Shown here piece after piece: positions 11,302 through 22,205 of a DNA stretch of 64,000 nt. Location: the NCBI RefSeq assembly GCF_006345805.1, contig NC_043002.1, forward strand, positions 3,100,001-3,164,000, written 5' to 3'. The notes below the pieces were generated by a model. The model was not told the origin of the DNA. It was given only the letters and a program-made list of their open reading frames with translations, and did not search any database. A program made the translations under genes and the position numbers. Position 1 is the stretch's first letter. Each line of letters opens with the position of its first letter. The stretch comes from Octopus sinensis (taxonomy: Eukaryota).

Positions 11302-11373
11302 TATAATAATGAAATTATTGTATACAGTGCTCAGGTGCACCACAACTTGTCAGAAAGTGCATATAAAGTACAT
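11302..11373 (-). mobile_element. Isolated CR1 3' tail
   Basis: Near-identical to 33885-33955, the 3' end of the CR1 at 33885-34835. Confidence 0.8.
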
Positions 11374-11799
11374 TCTTTCTAAAAGTATATATCTCATGCT
11401 TTGTGTGTGTGTGTAAGAAATTTCAATAGGATATCAGGTTTTGAAATATTAAAATTTGGTATTTTCATGTACTTTTTCACACTGAAATTTTAGAAAAATG
11501 TTACACAGGTTTAATCACTTCTACAGAGTGATTTTTAAAAAGGTATGTAAAAGGTAATTCACTTTCCTAGCTTACCATTCTGTTAGTAAATACATTTTTT
11601 TCCCCCAGGCACACAGACATGGACTTGTTTGGTGCAGGATGGAGGATTAAAAATTATAAAATTCTTTGTTGTTGTTCAAATTCTGGCAATGGATCACCGC
11701 ATCATTCCGTAGAGTGCTTAGGGGGGGGGGGTAAAATATTTAAAACCTCAATACATGTGACAAAGAAATAAGGAAGGTATAAAGTGGTCTGGGGGGTGA

Positions 11800-12000
11800 T
11801 GTGCTAGAAACAACAGCTGAATCACATTTAAAAATTATAAATAGAAGCAAATTACAGATTTGTTCAAAGGAGGGAATAAACTGAGTACATCGACCCCCCC
11901 CCCCAATGTTTAAATTGGTATTTATTTTATCAACCCTGAAAGAATGAAAAGCAAAGTCGACCTTGGGGGAATTTGAACTTGGAACGCTAATGATTCTGGC
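11800..12000 (-). mobile_element. SINE family B, degenerate
   Basis: TTATCAACCCTGAAAGAATGAAAAGCAAAGTCGACC..GAATTTGAAC is the reverse complement of the family B body. Confidence 0.6.
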
Positions 12001-12210
12001 TGAGGTGACCTGATCAGTTTGAGATGGGAGAGGGATTATCCGGACTGAACAAATTCAGCAGAAGGTTTAAAAAAGGGTGCATCTAAAAGGGTTGTGGGTT
12101 TTCTTTTTTATGCCTTTAAATGCAATAGTTTTGTTTTTTTTTAATCTTAAAGGACCTCATTTTAATAAAATTGCTTTTTTTTTATTTCTTGAAAGACATT
12201 TTATTAACAT

Positions 12211-12610
12211 ACTAGCAGTATCACCCGGCATTGCTCAGGTTTGTTTCGACCCTTTAGAATTGGAATTTTTGAAAAGTAAAAATTTTGCATTATGTAGCTT
12301 GTTATTCTCTTTAAGTGAACATTTTTCTGGTTGAAATACACCGAAAAATGGCGACACAGCAGTCAAAATATCGTAAAAAATAGGGATTTTCATAGAAAAA
12401 AAGGCACCTTTTTGGTGTAAATAATTTTTGGTGTTAACATGGTCCGATTTGAATTTTTTCTTCTATGGAAGGAAGAGCAAGCCTTCTTCTATCATACTCT
12501 CAATTTTGGTCAACTTGCGCTGCAGGGTCTCAGAGGAGATAGTGTTAGTTGAAGGCTACCAAACCTGCCATACACAGACAACTTCAGCTTTATATAGAGA
12601 GAGGGATTTT
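12211..12610 (-). mobile_element. Non-autonomous Helitron (same 3' end, different interior)
   Basis: Plus strand ACTAGCAGTATCACCCGGCATTGCTCAGGTTTG gives the hairpin plus CTAG/T on minus. The 5' end is TC...TATATAAAG. Confidence 0.65.
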
Positions 12611-12897
12611 TACAGGAAGGAAGAGAAAACATTATTAAAAGTATAAAGGATCCGATAATGGAGAGAAAAACCCCATAACCATCTCACCTAGGAAACAAAA
12701 AGGGGAGAAGGGTTAAGCAGCAGAAGATGGTGGAAGGGTTAACAGGTTGTATACACAGAAATAAATGTGTTTAGTCACACCTCAAGTCATTTAAAAATAA
12801 ACAAACTTGAGACTTAATCGCTATACAGGAAGATAATCCACAAAGGATCATTCCTTGCAATCCCTTAACACTTTTATTTTTGTTTTATTTATTGCAG

Positions 12898-13065
12898 CGA
12901 TCCCTGCCTCATTGACTTTCTCTCTTCACATATGTTACCTGAAAGGTGTTTGGCAAACTTATCCGTATCGACTCAAATATATGGTCATCACAGGATGTTT
13001 CTTCCAGTTGGCAGGAATTATTGGTTTCGTCACTTACCTGGCATTGGGATTCTATTTTCAACAAG
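12898..13065 (+). CDS. SLC48A1: Heme transporter HRG1 (SLC48A1 family), internal coding exon (TM2-TM3)
   Basis: Polypyrimidine tract plus TTGCAG acceptor before 12898, and CAAG|GTAAG donor after 13065; both phase 1. Translation (A)IPASLTFSLHICYLKGVWQTYPYRLKYMVITGCFFQLAGIIGFVTYLALGFYFQQ aligns by eye with vertebrate HRG1 TM2-TM3, including the TM2 His. Joins in frame to the exon at 15355. Confidence 0.88.
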
Positions 13066-13440
13066 GTAAGTCATTTCATATTTCATTAGCCTTTTTTTTT
13101 TCTTTTTTTTTTTTTTACAAAACTGCTCTTTTACTCTTTTATGTCATGAACCATGGTTTGATAATGGGTTTTGGGTTTGTGGTGTCTTGCTTTTCTCTGC
13201 TTCACTTTAGCAGAAACCATAAGATCCCAAAACAAGTCTGAAATAGAGAAGAAGCAGTTCCTTTTCTCTCCTGCAAGTTCCTTCCACAGAAGATACAGAA
13301 ACACTTTGGAATGGTTTTCTAGAAAGCAATAACAAAGTCCTTCCTCTCTTTTACCACCTGATTCTTAATAATTAGCCTTGTATTAATTATCATTAACAAG
13401 GTTTTTTCCCCAAATACATTACCATGATAATTATTGGGTG

Positions 13441-13960
13441 GAGCCATATAGCTCAGTGGTTAGGGATATTCAGCTCTCAATTGTAAGGTTATGAGTTCAA
13501 TTCCTAGCAGCAGATTGTGCCTTTGAGCCAGACACCTTCTCCAGTCCACTCAGCTGGCACAAATGAGTTGTAATTCCAAAGGGGCCTGCCATGTCGCACT
13601 CTGTGCCTCAATCTGAACCCCCCTCAGAACTACTTTAACCCTTTCATTGCCAACCCAGCTAAAACCGGTTCTAGCTCTGTAATACAAATGTCTTGTTTTC
13701 AAAAGCTCTGAATTAAAATCTTGCACCAAACCTTAGCCACAATTTATGTTCCTAACACTAACTTCATGATAACCAAGTTATTTTACTAAATTCTTTTGTT
13801 ATATTTAAAATTAATTGAAAGGAACACAGAGCATCTCAACAGAAATACAGTAACGAAAGGGTTAAGGGTACCCATGTCTGTCGATTGCTCAGCTACTTGC
13901 TCCTTAATTCCATGAGCAGGCTGTTCTACTGGTCGGACCAGATGGAACCGTCGTTGTCAT
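13441..13960 (+). mobile_element. tRNA-derived SINE family C interrupted by a piggyBac-type MITE
   Basis: A box TAGCTCAGTGGT, B box GAGTTCAATTCC, central CTCCAGTCCACTCAGCTGG. The sequence resumes after 13865 collinear with the 45470-45770 copy. Confidence 0.75.
13639..13861. mobile_element. piggyBac-type MITE (type 1)
   Basis: TTAA TSD at 13635-13638 and 13862-13865. TIRs CCCTTTCATTGC / GTAACGAAAGGG (10/12). Confidence 0.8.
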
Positions 13961-14789
13961 AAAGTGTCAGTTTGGATTGAATTATGCTCATTGTTTCCCA
14001 ATGTTTATCCCTAAACCGGGTGTGTGTTCCCCACCCCCACTCATTCCCAGCCACGTTAAAAAAAGAGACAAAGTTAATATTTTTGTTTATTTAACGATGT
14101 TGTATAATTGAATGAATTGACGCTCTGACCCTCATCCTTGCACCACTTCCGTCACTACCATTAACGCAATGATGTAGAAATAGGGTAAGTAAAAGACTCC
14201 CACCCCGTAGACATTTAAAGTGCACAGGTAATGGTCACTGCCTGCTTTCTGCTGCTGCTATGACTCCATGTTCCACCTCACCACCCTGCAATGTCCTCTT
14301 GATCATCGGGGTACCCACAATCAATAGATAACCAATAGCAACACTTGGTCCAGATTCAAAACACGACTTCTTTATTTTCTCATGACTCTGGAAAAATTTA
14401 AACTGTTCAATACCAACTGAATGGTCACTTAAACCATTTCTGTTGATATTCAAGCACTGGACAGGGTGACACCAAATGGCCACTCTCACATGTTAAATAG
14501 GAAACGCACAGACTACAAATCCATATTGCAATAGACCCGTCCAAAACTACAGCGCAGTTATCAAAACAGTGACCACCCCTACATGCTGTAGTAGACTTGT
14601 CCAAAACCACAGCAGCAATATAAAACCCAGTGGCTGCCCCTGAAGAATCAAAATCCCAAAATAAATGGCTTCAGATGATTAGTATCAGTTCTTTCTTTCT
14701 GCATAGCTTTGATTGTATTGTAGTCAGTTTTCCATTCCATCCATGCCCACATCTTGTGATTGACAAATATTCTCCAATATTGATTTCAA

Positions 14790-15000
14790 ATTTTGGCACA
14801 AGGCCAGCAATTTCACTGGAGAGGTGGGGGGTGATTACACCCCCACCCCACCCACCCCAGTACACAACTGGTACTTATTTCATCAAGTCATTAAGGATGA
14901 AAGAGAAAAACCAACTTCTGTGGAATTTGAACCCAGAACATAAAGAGCTGAAAGAAAAGCATTTTGGCATCTTTACCAAGGATTCTACAGCTTGCTGCTA
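14790..15000 (-). mobile_element. SINE family B, degenerate
   Basis: CCCCAGTACACAACTGGTACTTATTTCATC..GGAATTTGAACCCAGAAC is the reverse complement of the family B body. Confidence 0.6.
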
Positions 15001-15354
15001 CCGTTTTCTCTAATATTAGGAAATCTTTTGAAATGGGATGGGGGGGGGGGAGCGTTTGCAATTGTTTTTGAGTCAATTTGAAATATTTGAAGTGTTTTTC
15101 TACAACACTGATGATGAAAAACAAAAAAAAACAAAAAGAAAAATGCTGGCATCAGTTTCTCTGACTAAGAATTCAAGGTGCTGCCCCAGCATGGCCACAG
15201 TCTACTGACTGAAACTAGTAAAAGATGAATTAATGAAATATTTTTCTGTTAATCCAACAGGATCAGTAAATATTTGGTGTAAATCTGTCTTTTTTTTTTT
15301 TTTTTTTTTTCGGTTATTCTTCCATTGAAATAATTTCTTGCCATTTTCTTTCAG

Positions 15355-15521
15355 GTTTACAGATTTACGGGAATGGTTACTTCCTGACCACAGTTTGGTG
15401 CTTCATGACCTGGAAATGGGGTCTCCTGCTCTTGTACTTCACTCGATCTTACCGCCAGTTACTCTGTGATGTTTACACTATTTTGCCAACAGAAGCGCCA
15501 CCTTTGAATGGTGACGATTGA
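15355..15521 (+). CDS. SLC48A1: Heme transporter HRG1, terminal coding exon (TM4 and cytosolic tail)
   Basis: TTTCTTTCAG acceptor. Reads (G)LQIYGNGYFLTTVWCFMTWKWGLLLLYFTRSYRQLLCDVYTILPTEAPPLNGDD*. VWCFMTWKW matches the HRG1 VWSFISFKW motif and FTRSY matches FARKY/YAHRY. Stop TGA at 15519-15521. Confidence 0.9.
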
Positions 15522-17634
15522 GGTGGAAACGGATTGAAGACATATCAAGTGGAATCATTCAGAACCAAAGTGTAAGCAGTCGTGTTGCAATATGTTTTTG
15601 TTGAAAAGTCTTCCCACTGCCAAACGCTGCTGCTGTTGCTGCCGCTGCTGCTGCTGTCCATTAGTTGTTGTTGTTGTTGTTTGTTGTTGAGGTACCCTGT
15701 TGTTTGTTGTTTTTATGTCTAGCCATTATTTCACGTTGAACACTGTTACAGCCACAGACAACAGCTGCCATTCCTGGAAAACACAAAACTCCAAAATGCT
15801 AAAAGGATTTTAAATTTCCAATGTCCAATGCTCGTTTCCTCCACCTTTTACCTCTCTTCCTAATTCCTCTCCACAAACAGATCCTTTATTAGCTCTGAAC
15901 CTTTTCTTACTAAAATACTGTTTCTGCGTATGTCTGTGAACGGGGCTTGAAAACTTCAAGCCCTGTCTCACCAGTTGTGGAGGAATAGGGTGCCTGGAGA
16001 CAATCAGAAAATGAACTGATTGGAATCTGGATGAAGCTTGGAAATTTTAGGAATTTTCAATTTTTTTAACTCTTCTGAAACATTCAGATTTGTAGCCAAA
16101 TACCAAATTGAGAAAAGAATCCTCCTATCCCCCCCCCCTTTTTTTTATTCTCCCTGTTGTTTCAAAGTTCTTTTCTTTAAGTTTGTCTTTTGACACTTTT
16201 GTTGTTTAATTATAAATTGCTGCATTTAAACTGTTCTAATTTCAAAAATTTAACCCAAAATGCTGTCAGTGTAACTTTGAAGAGACTTGAACCAGTTTTA
16301 AAATCCCTCGTAATATGAGATTTGTGTCTCCAAACACTCTTAACGAGTCGTTAGCAGTATAATCATCAGCAGCAGGAATGGTGGCTATTTCACTTTCTCT
16401 TCTGGTTTTAATTAGACCAAAATATTTTTGTACAATCAGTGCTTAATTATTCTCCTTTGCTGCTGTATCTTAATTTGCTCATTTTTTTTTTTTTTATACT
16501 TCAACTTATTTTGTAAAGCAAATTTTGAAACAAAAGAATCCACACTATTTTAGATTATCAATTTTTCACCATAAACTCTCCCTTCATGGTTTTTTTTTAA
16601 TTTTTAATCCCAATCCTCAAGAATTTAAGCCACATTTAATTTCATTTTATCATCTCTAGTTTCCCAGTTTCAGAGCATTTAAAAAAAAAAACTGTCAACA
16701 GTATTTCTTGTTCCGAGTAAGATACAAATCCACAGCTATTTTATGATCATTCTACCCTCGTTTTTTTTTTTTTTAAACATTGTGTGTGTGTGTGTGTAGA
16801 TATATATTTCTATTGTGAGCCTTTATGATAATATTTACACTGTAAAAAAACCAAAAGCAATTAGAATGGTTCTTTCTTTGGTTAATGTTTCACATCCTTC
16901 ATCTGTTAATCTGTTCCACATCTGTTAATCTGTTCCACATCTGCCAAACATGTCGTCAATGATCGGTTTTGAATGAAGAAGATTTTATTCTTGGCCATAA
17001 GTGAATCCACAAAGGCAGGGCAAGAACGGTTCTTTATTATTCCTATATACATTGAATCCTCTTCTGGCTAACGGAGAGAACTGCTCCGAAAGCCTTTATG
17101 CTTTATTTAAATTCTGTTTGGACCTTGCCAGGGTCACCAGATTAGCTCCGAATGTTAATCCGTTGTCTTAGATTTAAATTATCAATGGATTAAGCTGGAT
17201 TACAGTGAATGAAGTGTAGCTACTTTGTTGTAAAAGGAAACCAAGCCACAACGGTTGTTTTATCCAAAAGAATCTTCTTCGTTGTGTATTCCAGGTGTGT
17301 TTGAGAAGTAATTAGGCTTCGTTAGTAATATATCTATTTTCTGCTGATTTCTTTGTAATTAATGTAATATTCACACAGTATGAAAAAAAACAACCTTTTT
17401 GATTACTTTAAATATTAAAATGGTAAAAAAACAGCTTCCTAGTTCAATGAGTTGTTGTTGTTAGTCTGTGATTATTCCTGGTGAGAAATCTCTCGTTTCC
17501 TGAAATTGTGTCGACAAAGTTTTTGTAATTGAGATTTTTATAAAACCTATAACTTGCTATTAAACAGAGATTAATTAATAGGATCAGTTATCGTATTAGT
17601 GAATTATTAATATTATTATTATTATTATTATTAT

Positions 17635-17838
17635 CAAGGCGGCAAACTGAGTGAATAATTAGCACCTGAAACAATATGCTTGGTACCATTGTTCTTCCAG
17701 CTCTTAACACTTTGTTCTCAATTCAAAAATCGCCACGGTCAGCTTTGCCGTTTGTCTTTTCAGAGCTGATAAAATAAAGTACCAGTCTTGTACTGAGGTT
17801 GGTGTTATCAACTTGTTGGTCTTGTGTCAAAATTTGAA

Positions 17839-17876
<38 letters not shown>

Positions 17877-18112
17877 GGCAGCGAGCTGGCAGAATCGTTA
17901 GCACGCTGAGCAAAATGCTTAGCGGCATGTCATCTGTTAGGTTCTGAGTTCAAATTCTGCCAACATCAACTTAGCTTTTCATCTTTTCGGGGTCAATAAA
18001 ATAAGCCCCAGTAGAGCACTGGGATCAATATAATCTACTAAACCCCCCTTCCCCAAAATTTCAGGCCTTGTGCCTATAATATAAAGGATTATTATTATCA
18101 TTATTATTATCA
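17635..18112 (+). mobile_element. SINE family B head-to-tail dimer
   Basis: Two copies (AGGCGGC..CTGGCAGAATCGTTAGC..GAGTTCAAATTC..) separated by (ATT)n. Confidence 0.8.
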
Positions 18113-19386
18113 AGACAGATCAGATGTGATCTAAGTGAAGAGTTTGTTTTTATGTTTGTAGTTATTGTTTGTTGTTATTGCCGATGTTGTTTATATTGTT
18201 ATAACAAATAGTATAAATTTTATATCGTATAATCATATGTATATATAATATTTGCTTCAATTTGCTTCTCTTTGTGATATTTGAAATTGCAAAATTTTTA
18301 TGAATGATTTTGATAAAAAAACAATTTGAGATTCTCGTTAAACAAGAAACATTTTCTTTTTTATGTAAAAGAGAAAGAAAAGGTATTTTTTTCTCCCCCG
18401 CAGAAAATCTAGAGAAATTCCCAACTATATTCTTTTTTTCTTTTTCTTTTTTCATTTATTCTTCACAAAGAAATGTCACCATTTTTGTCAAAACAAAAAC
18501 CAAGATTATTTGTATAGTTTTACCTACTTTCACCATTTTTTGCCAGAAGCAAAAAATATATCACATTCCTGTCCATTTTTATATGATTTCAAATAATATA
18601 AAACTGCCAATTTTTTTCTTTTTCTATCAGCTTCTGTGAGTTTTTTTGTTTTTTTTCTCGGCTGATTTTTTCCAGTTATAAAACTTGATAACAAAATTAT
18701 TTTCTATTCTTTGAGCGTCCGTGAATGTGTATATCCAACGAGTAACACTAGTTTAATAATGTCCCTTCTGTCCCCTCTTTATTCAGATAATCTTTACAAA
18801 ATATAAAACAAATTGGGAAACCATTTGGCCCTTCCTTGATGAAAATTAATCCCCAAACTTGTATAAGAATTGTTTTTTGATATTTGAGTGGAATTGATTA
18901 GGGAACTCTCCATGTCCCTGGCCCCACTCCCCCCATATCACAGGCTTACATCTGCTGCAAGATAAATCTACAAAATCTCTGTGGAATAGGGACAGCAGTA
19001 GACTTAACCATTTCATTTAATAAAGAATATTTGTCTGTGATTCATTCACCAAAAGCTGAATGAGGCTGAAACCCTTCTCCTACCAGACTTCTCTTGAGAC
19101 CCAATGCTTTTGTTTCAATTAATTTTGAAAATTTTTTCTAAAATAACTTTATCGTTTTTAAAGTAGTGTTTGATACATTAAATTAACGAGGATTTTTGAG
19201 GGAAGCTTTTAATTTAAAATGGGAAGTTTGTATCATAGAACCAGGAATGGTAACAGGTGCCTGAAGCGGAATATGGAACTGCTGCCAGATGGAAATATTG
19301 TTTCCCTGTTGCAAGTTGCTGTGTCACTCCACACCAAATAATGTCTCTAAATTACTTCCTTTATTCACCGTAGAAATGTCTTTGAA

Positions 19387-19715
19387 CAGTGCTTCTCAAC
19401 CATTTTTTGGTCTATGGACCCCTTCGATTGCTAGTTTATTCTGGTGGACGTCCACAGCCATTCCATGTTTAAAAACTAGCTTTTGAGAGAATTCTTTCAA
19501 AATTCCTCTTTTGTTATTCACTTGTACAGATTGAATTATGTCAAACATTTGAGAAGGAAACCTCAAAGCCGTTTCTTGTAAGAAATCCTTCTGAAGCAAA
19601 AATTCTTGTTATGGACCCTTAATATACTTCTGTGCATCTCAAATTTACTATTTTACTTGCATAGTCCCCAGCTGAGTAGACCCCGGTTGAGTAGACCCTC
19701 GGTTGGGTATCACTG
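19387..19715. mobile_element. hAT/Charlie-type MITE
   Basis: Imperfect TIRs CAGTGCTTCTCAACC / GGTTGGGTATCACTG. Flanks TCTTTGAA and ATTTAGAA resemble a decayed 8-bp TSD. Confidence 0.55.
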
Positions 19716-20384
19716 ATTTAGAATGTAGTTTAGCTGCCAATTATTCTGAGTTTCCAAAGACTCTTGACGCAATGCTTAATAACTTTATCAGTTTCCCTAA
19801 ACAATGCTGGTCTTATGGCACCATTCACTCTAAATACTTCAGATTAAAATCTTGACCAAAATCTCGCTGCTTCTTGAATAAATAATACAGAAATTCTAGT
19901 GTAGTTTGCAATTAAAAAAATTTTTAAATCCTTCCATTTTTTTTTATATTTTGGAAATTAATTGAAACTTGTAAGAAATCTGCTCAGAAATGGATAAGTT
20001 TATCTTGGAAGTTATTGCTTTTTTGCTTGTTTTAAAAAGTAATAATTTAAATTTTATAGTATTCTATGAAAAATTAATGAGTATAATTAATTTAAAATTG
20101 TTGGTTTATAATTTAAACTTGTGGTTAAATTTTCAAATTATATAAAATCGTTTCCATATTTTTAAATATTTCTTGTTTATGTTTACTTGTTTTTTGTTTT
20201 TCTGGTTCAAACCTTATTGTAAGTTTGTTCTTCCAGTCAGATGCCCTCCCTGTTGCCAAACCTTACCTGTTTTTCAAGTAAGGGTTCTCTTATTATTCCA
20301 CATATTTTCAAAGACACAAAACCAGTAGAGTGTCTCTGCTTGTAACTTACCGATTTTCAGAGAAGCACAAATGTAAATATGCAG

Positions 20385-20585
20385 ACAAACAGACATACAT
20401 GTGTAAGTAAGTGCGTGTGTATACACACACACACACACACACACTTGCCACAACACGCTTCATTCAGCTTTGGTTAACCCAAGGCTATGGTAGAAAGCAT
20501 TTCCCCCCAAGGTGCCATGCAATGGAACTGAACCCAAAACCACGTGCTTCAGAAGCAAACTTCTTGAACCATTCAGCCATGCCTG
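20385..20585 (-). mobile_element. SINE family A, 5' half
   Basis: CCCAAGGTGCCATGCAATGGAACTGAACCC...CAGCCATGCCTG is the reverse complement of the family A head. Confidence 0.7.
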
Positions 20586-21084
20586 TTATCTCCACACACG
20601 TTTTTTTTTTTTTTTTTTTTTTTGTTTTTTGTTATATTTGGCACAGCAACTGTAAAAGATTGAACTGAAGAATAAAAGTTTTGCCATGTTTAATTCTTCA
20701 ATATTCTTGCATTGACTCAATTGCCCTGCCCCTTGCACACCCAAAGTTAGCATTGTGTCCTGACAAAGTGGAAAACTTGTAGAAATGGTCAGAAAATGGT
20801 CAAGCGTCACCAGATTAAATGCATTCCTGTATTTAGTTTCCTCTTTCAAGGATTCCTAAATTTATTTCCAATAAATGCCAACATAAAACTCCACCCTCTT
20901 TATACTTTTACACCAATTTCTATGTTCTGCAATCAAGAATTTTTTACTCTTCATATCAAGGAAAATAATGACACAACTATTTTTTCCCCCCGTCTTTCTA
21001 AACTCATCAAGGGAAATATTTCAAGATTTCTAAAGAAATATTTACAACATTCTAGAAACTAAATTATTCAATGTCCTTTAATCC

Positions 21085-21175
21085 ATCTCTCTCTCTCTCC
21101 CTCTCTCTCTCTCTCCCCCCTCTCTCTCTATCTCTCTCTCTCTCTCCCCTCTCTCTCTCTATCTCTCTCTCTCTC
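21085..21175. repeat. (CT)n polypyrimidine microsatellite
   Basis: Read directly from the sequence. Confidence 0.95.
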
Positions 21176-21205
21176 GTCTAAATCCTTAAATCAGTTATTA
21201 TTATC

Positions 21206-21890
21206 ATTAAGCTGGCAGAATCGGTCGCGCGATGGACGAAATGCTTAGCGGCATTTCATGCATCTTTGTGTTCTGAGTTCAAATTCCACCAAGGTCAACT
21301 TTGCCTTTCATTCTTTCGGGGTCGATAAATTAAGTACCAGTGAGACACTAGGGTCGATGTAATCGACAAGTCCCCCCCCCCTCTGCCAAAATTTCAGACC
21401 TTGTGCCTAGAGTAAAAAGGATTGTTTGTTACCATTAAGACAAGCTGACAGAATCGTTAGCAGAATCGTTAAGCATGCTGGGCAAAATGCAGTTCTTTTG
21501 CCCATCTTTACCTTCTGTGGTCAACTTTGCCTTTCATCCTCTTGAGGTCGATGAAATAAGTACCAGTCATGTACTGGGGGTGACGGGGGTTCAAAGTAAG
21601 CGACTCTCCCCCTCCCCCCAAATTTCAGGCCTTGTGCCTATAATAAAAAGGACTATTATTGAAAGCATTGAGCCGGCGGCAGGGTCACTGGGGGTTGAAC
21701 CGAAAGTGCTTGGCAGCAATTCTTTCCGTTTTTTGGGGTTTTTTTTAACTTCTGAGTTGAACTTTGCCTTTCATCCTTTTGAGAAGCAATAAAAACCAAA
21801 GTACCTGTGACACACTGGGGGTCAATGGAATCAGCTTAGCCCTCTCCCTCAAATATTCAGATTTTCTGCTTATAGTAGAAATAATTATAA
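21206..21890 (+). mobile_element. SINE family B head-to-tail trimer
   Basis: Three diverged copies starting at about 21206, 21435 and 21665. Confidence 0.75.
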
Positions 21891-21939
21891 CTATTTCATA
21901 CACTCAGCAGACAAATTCCACTGGACCTTGTTTGTCATA

Positions 21940-22205
21940 ATAATAATAATAATAATAATCCTTTCTAGAATGGGCACAGGGTCTGAATTGGGTTGAGAGC
22001 AAATAATATAAATTTTGTCCTATTGTAAAAAAGAAATACCAGAAGACACGGGCTGGTCGATTACATCACCCCCAGTACATGTCTGGTACTTAAATTATCA
22101 AACTTGAAACGATGAAAAGCAAATTCAGTCTCAGCAGAATTTTAACTTTGAACGTAAAGACAGACAAAATGGTGCTGAGCCAACAACTTTGCCAGCTTGC
22201 CACCA
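21940..22205 (-). mobile_element. SINE family B, inverted relative to the adjacent trimer
   Basis: (AAT)n tail at 21940-21960, body CCCCCAGTACATGTCTGGTAC.., head TTTGCCAGCTTGCCACC. Confidence 0.65.

Noticed and set aside
16901-16943. 19-bp exact tandem duplication ATCTGTTAATCTGTTCCAC x2
   Set aside because: It is real but most simply a local slippage event, with no evidence of function.
16260-17215. CAGTGN hexamers as iron-responsive elements in the HRG1 3' region
   Set aside because: The flanks do not form the 5-bp upper stem with a C bulge.
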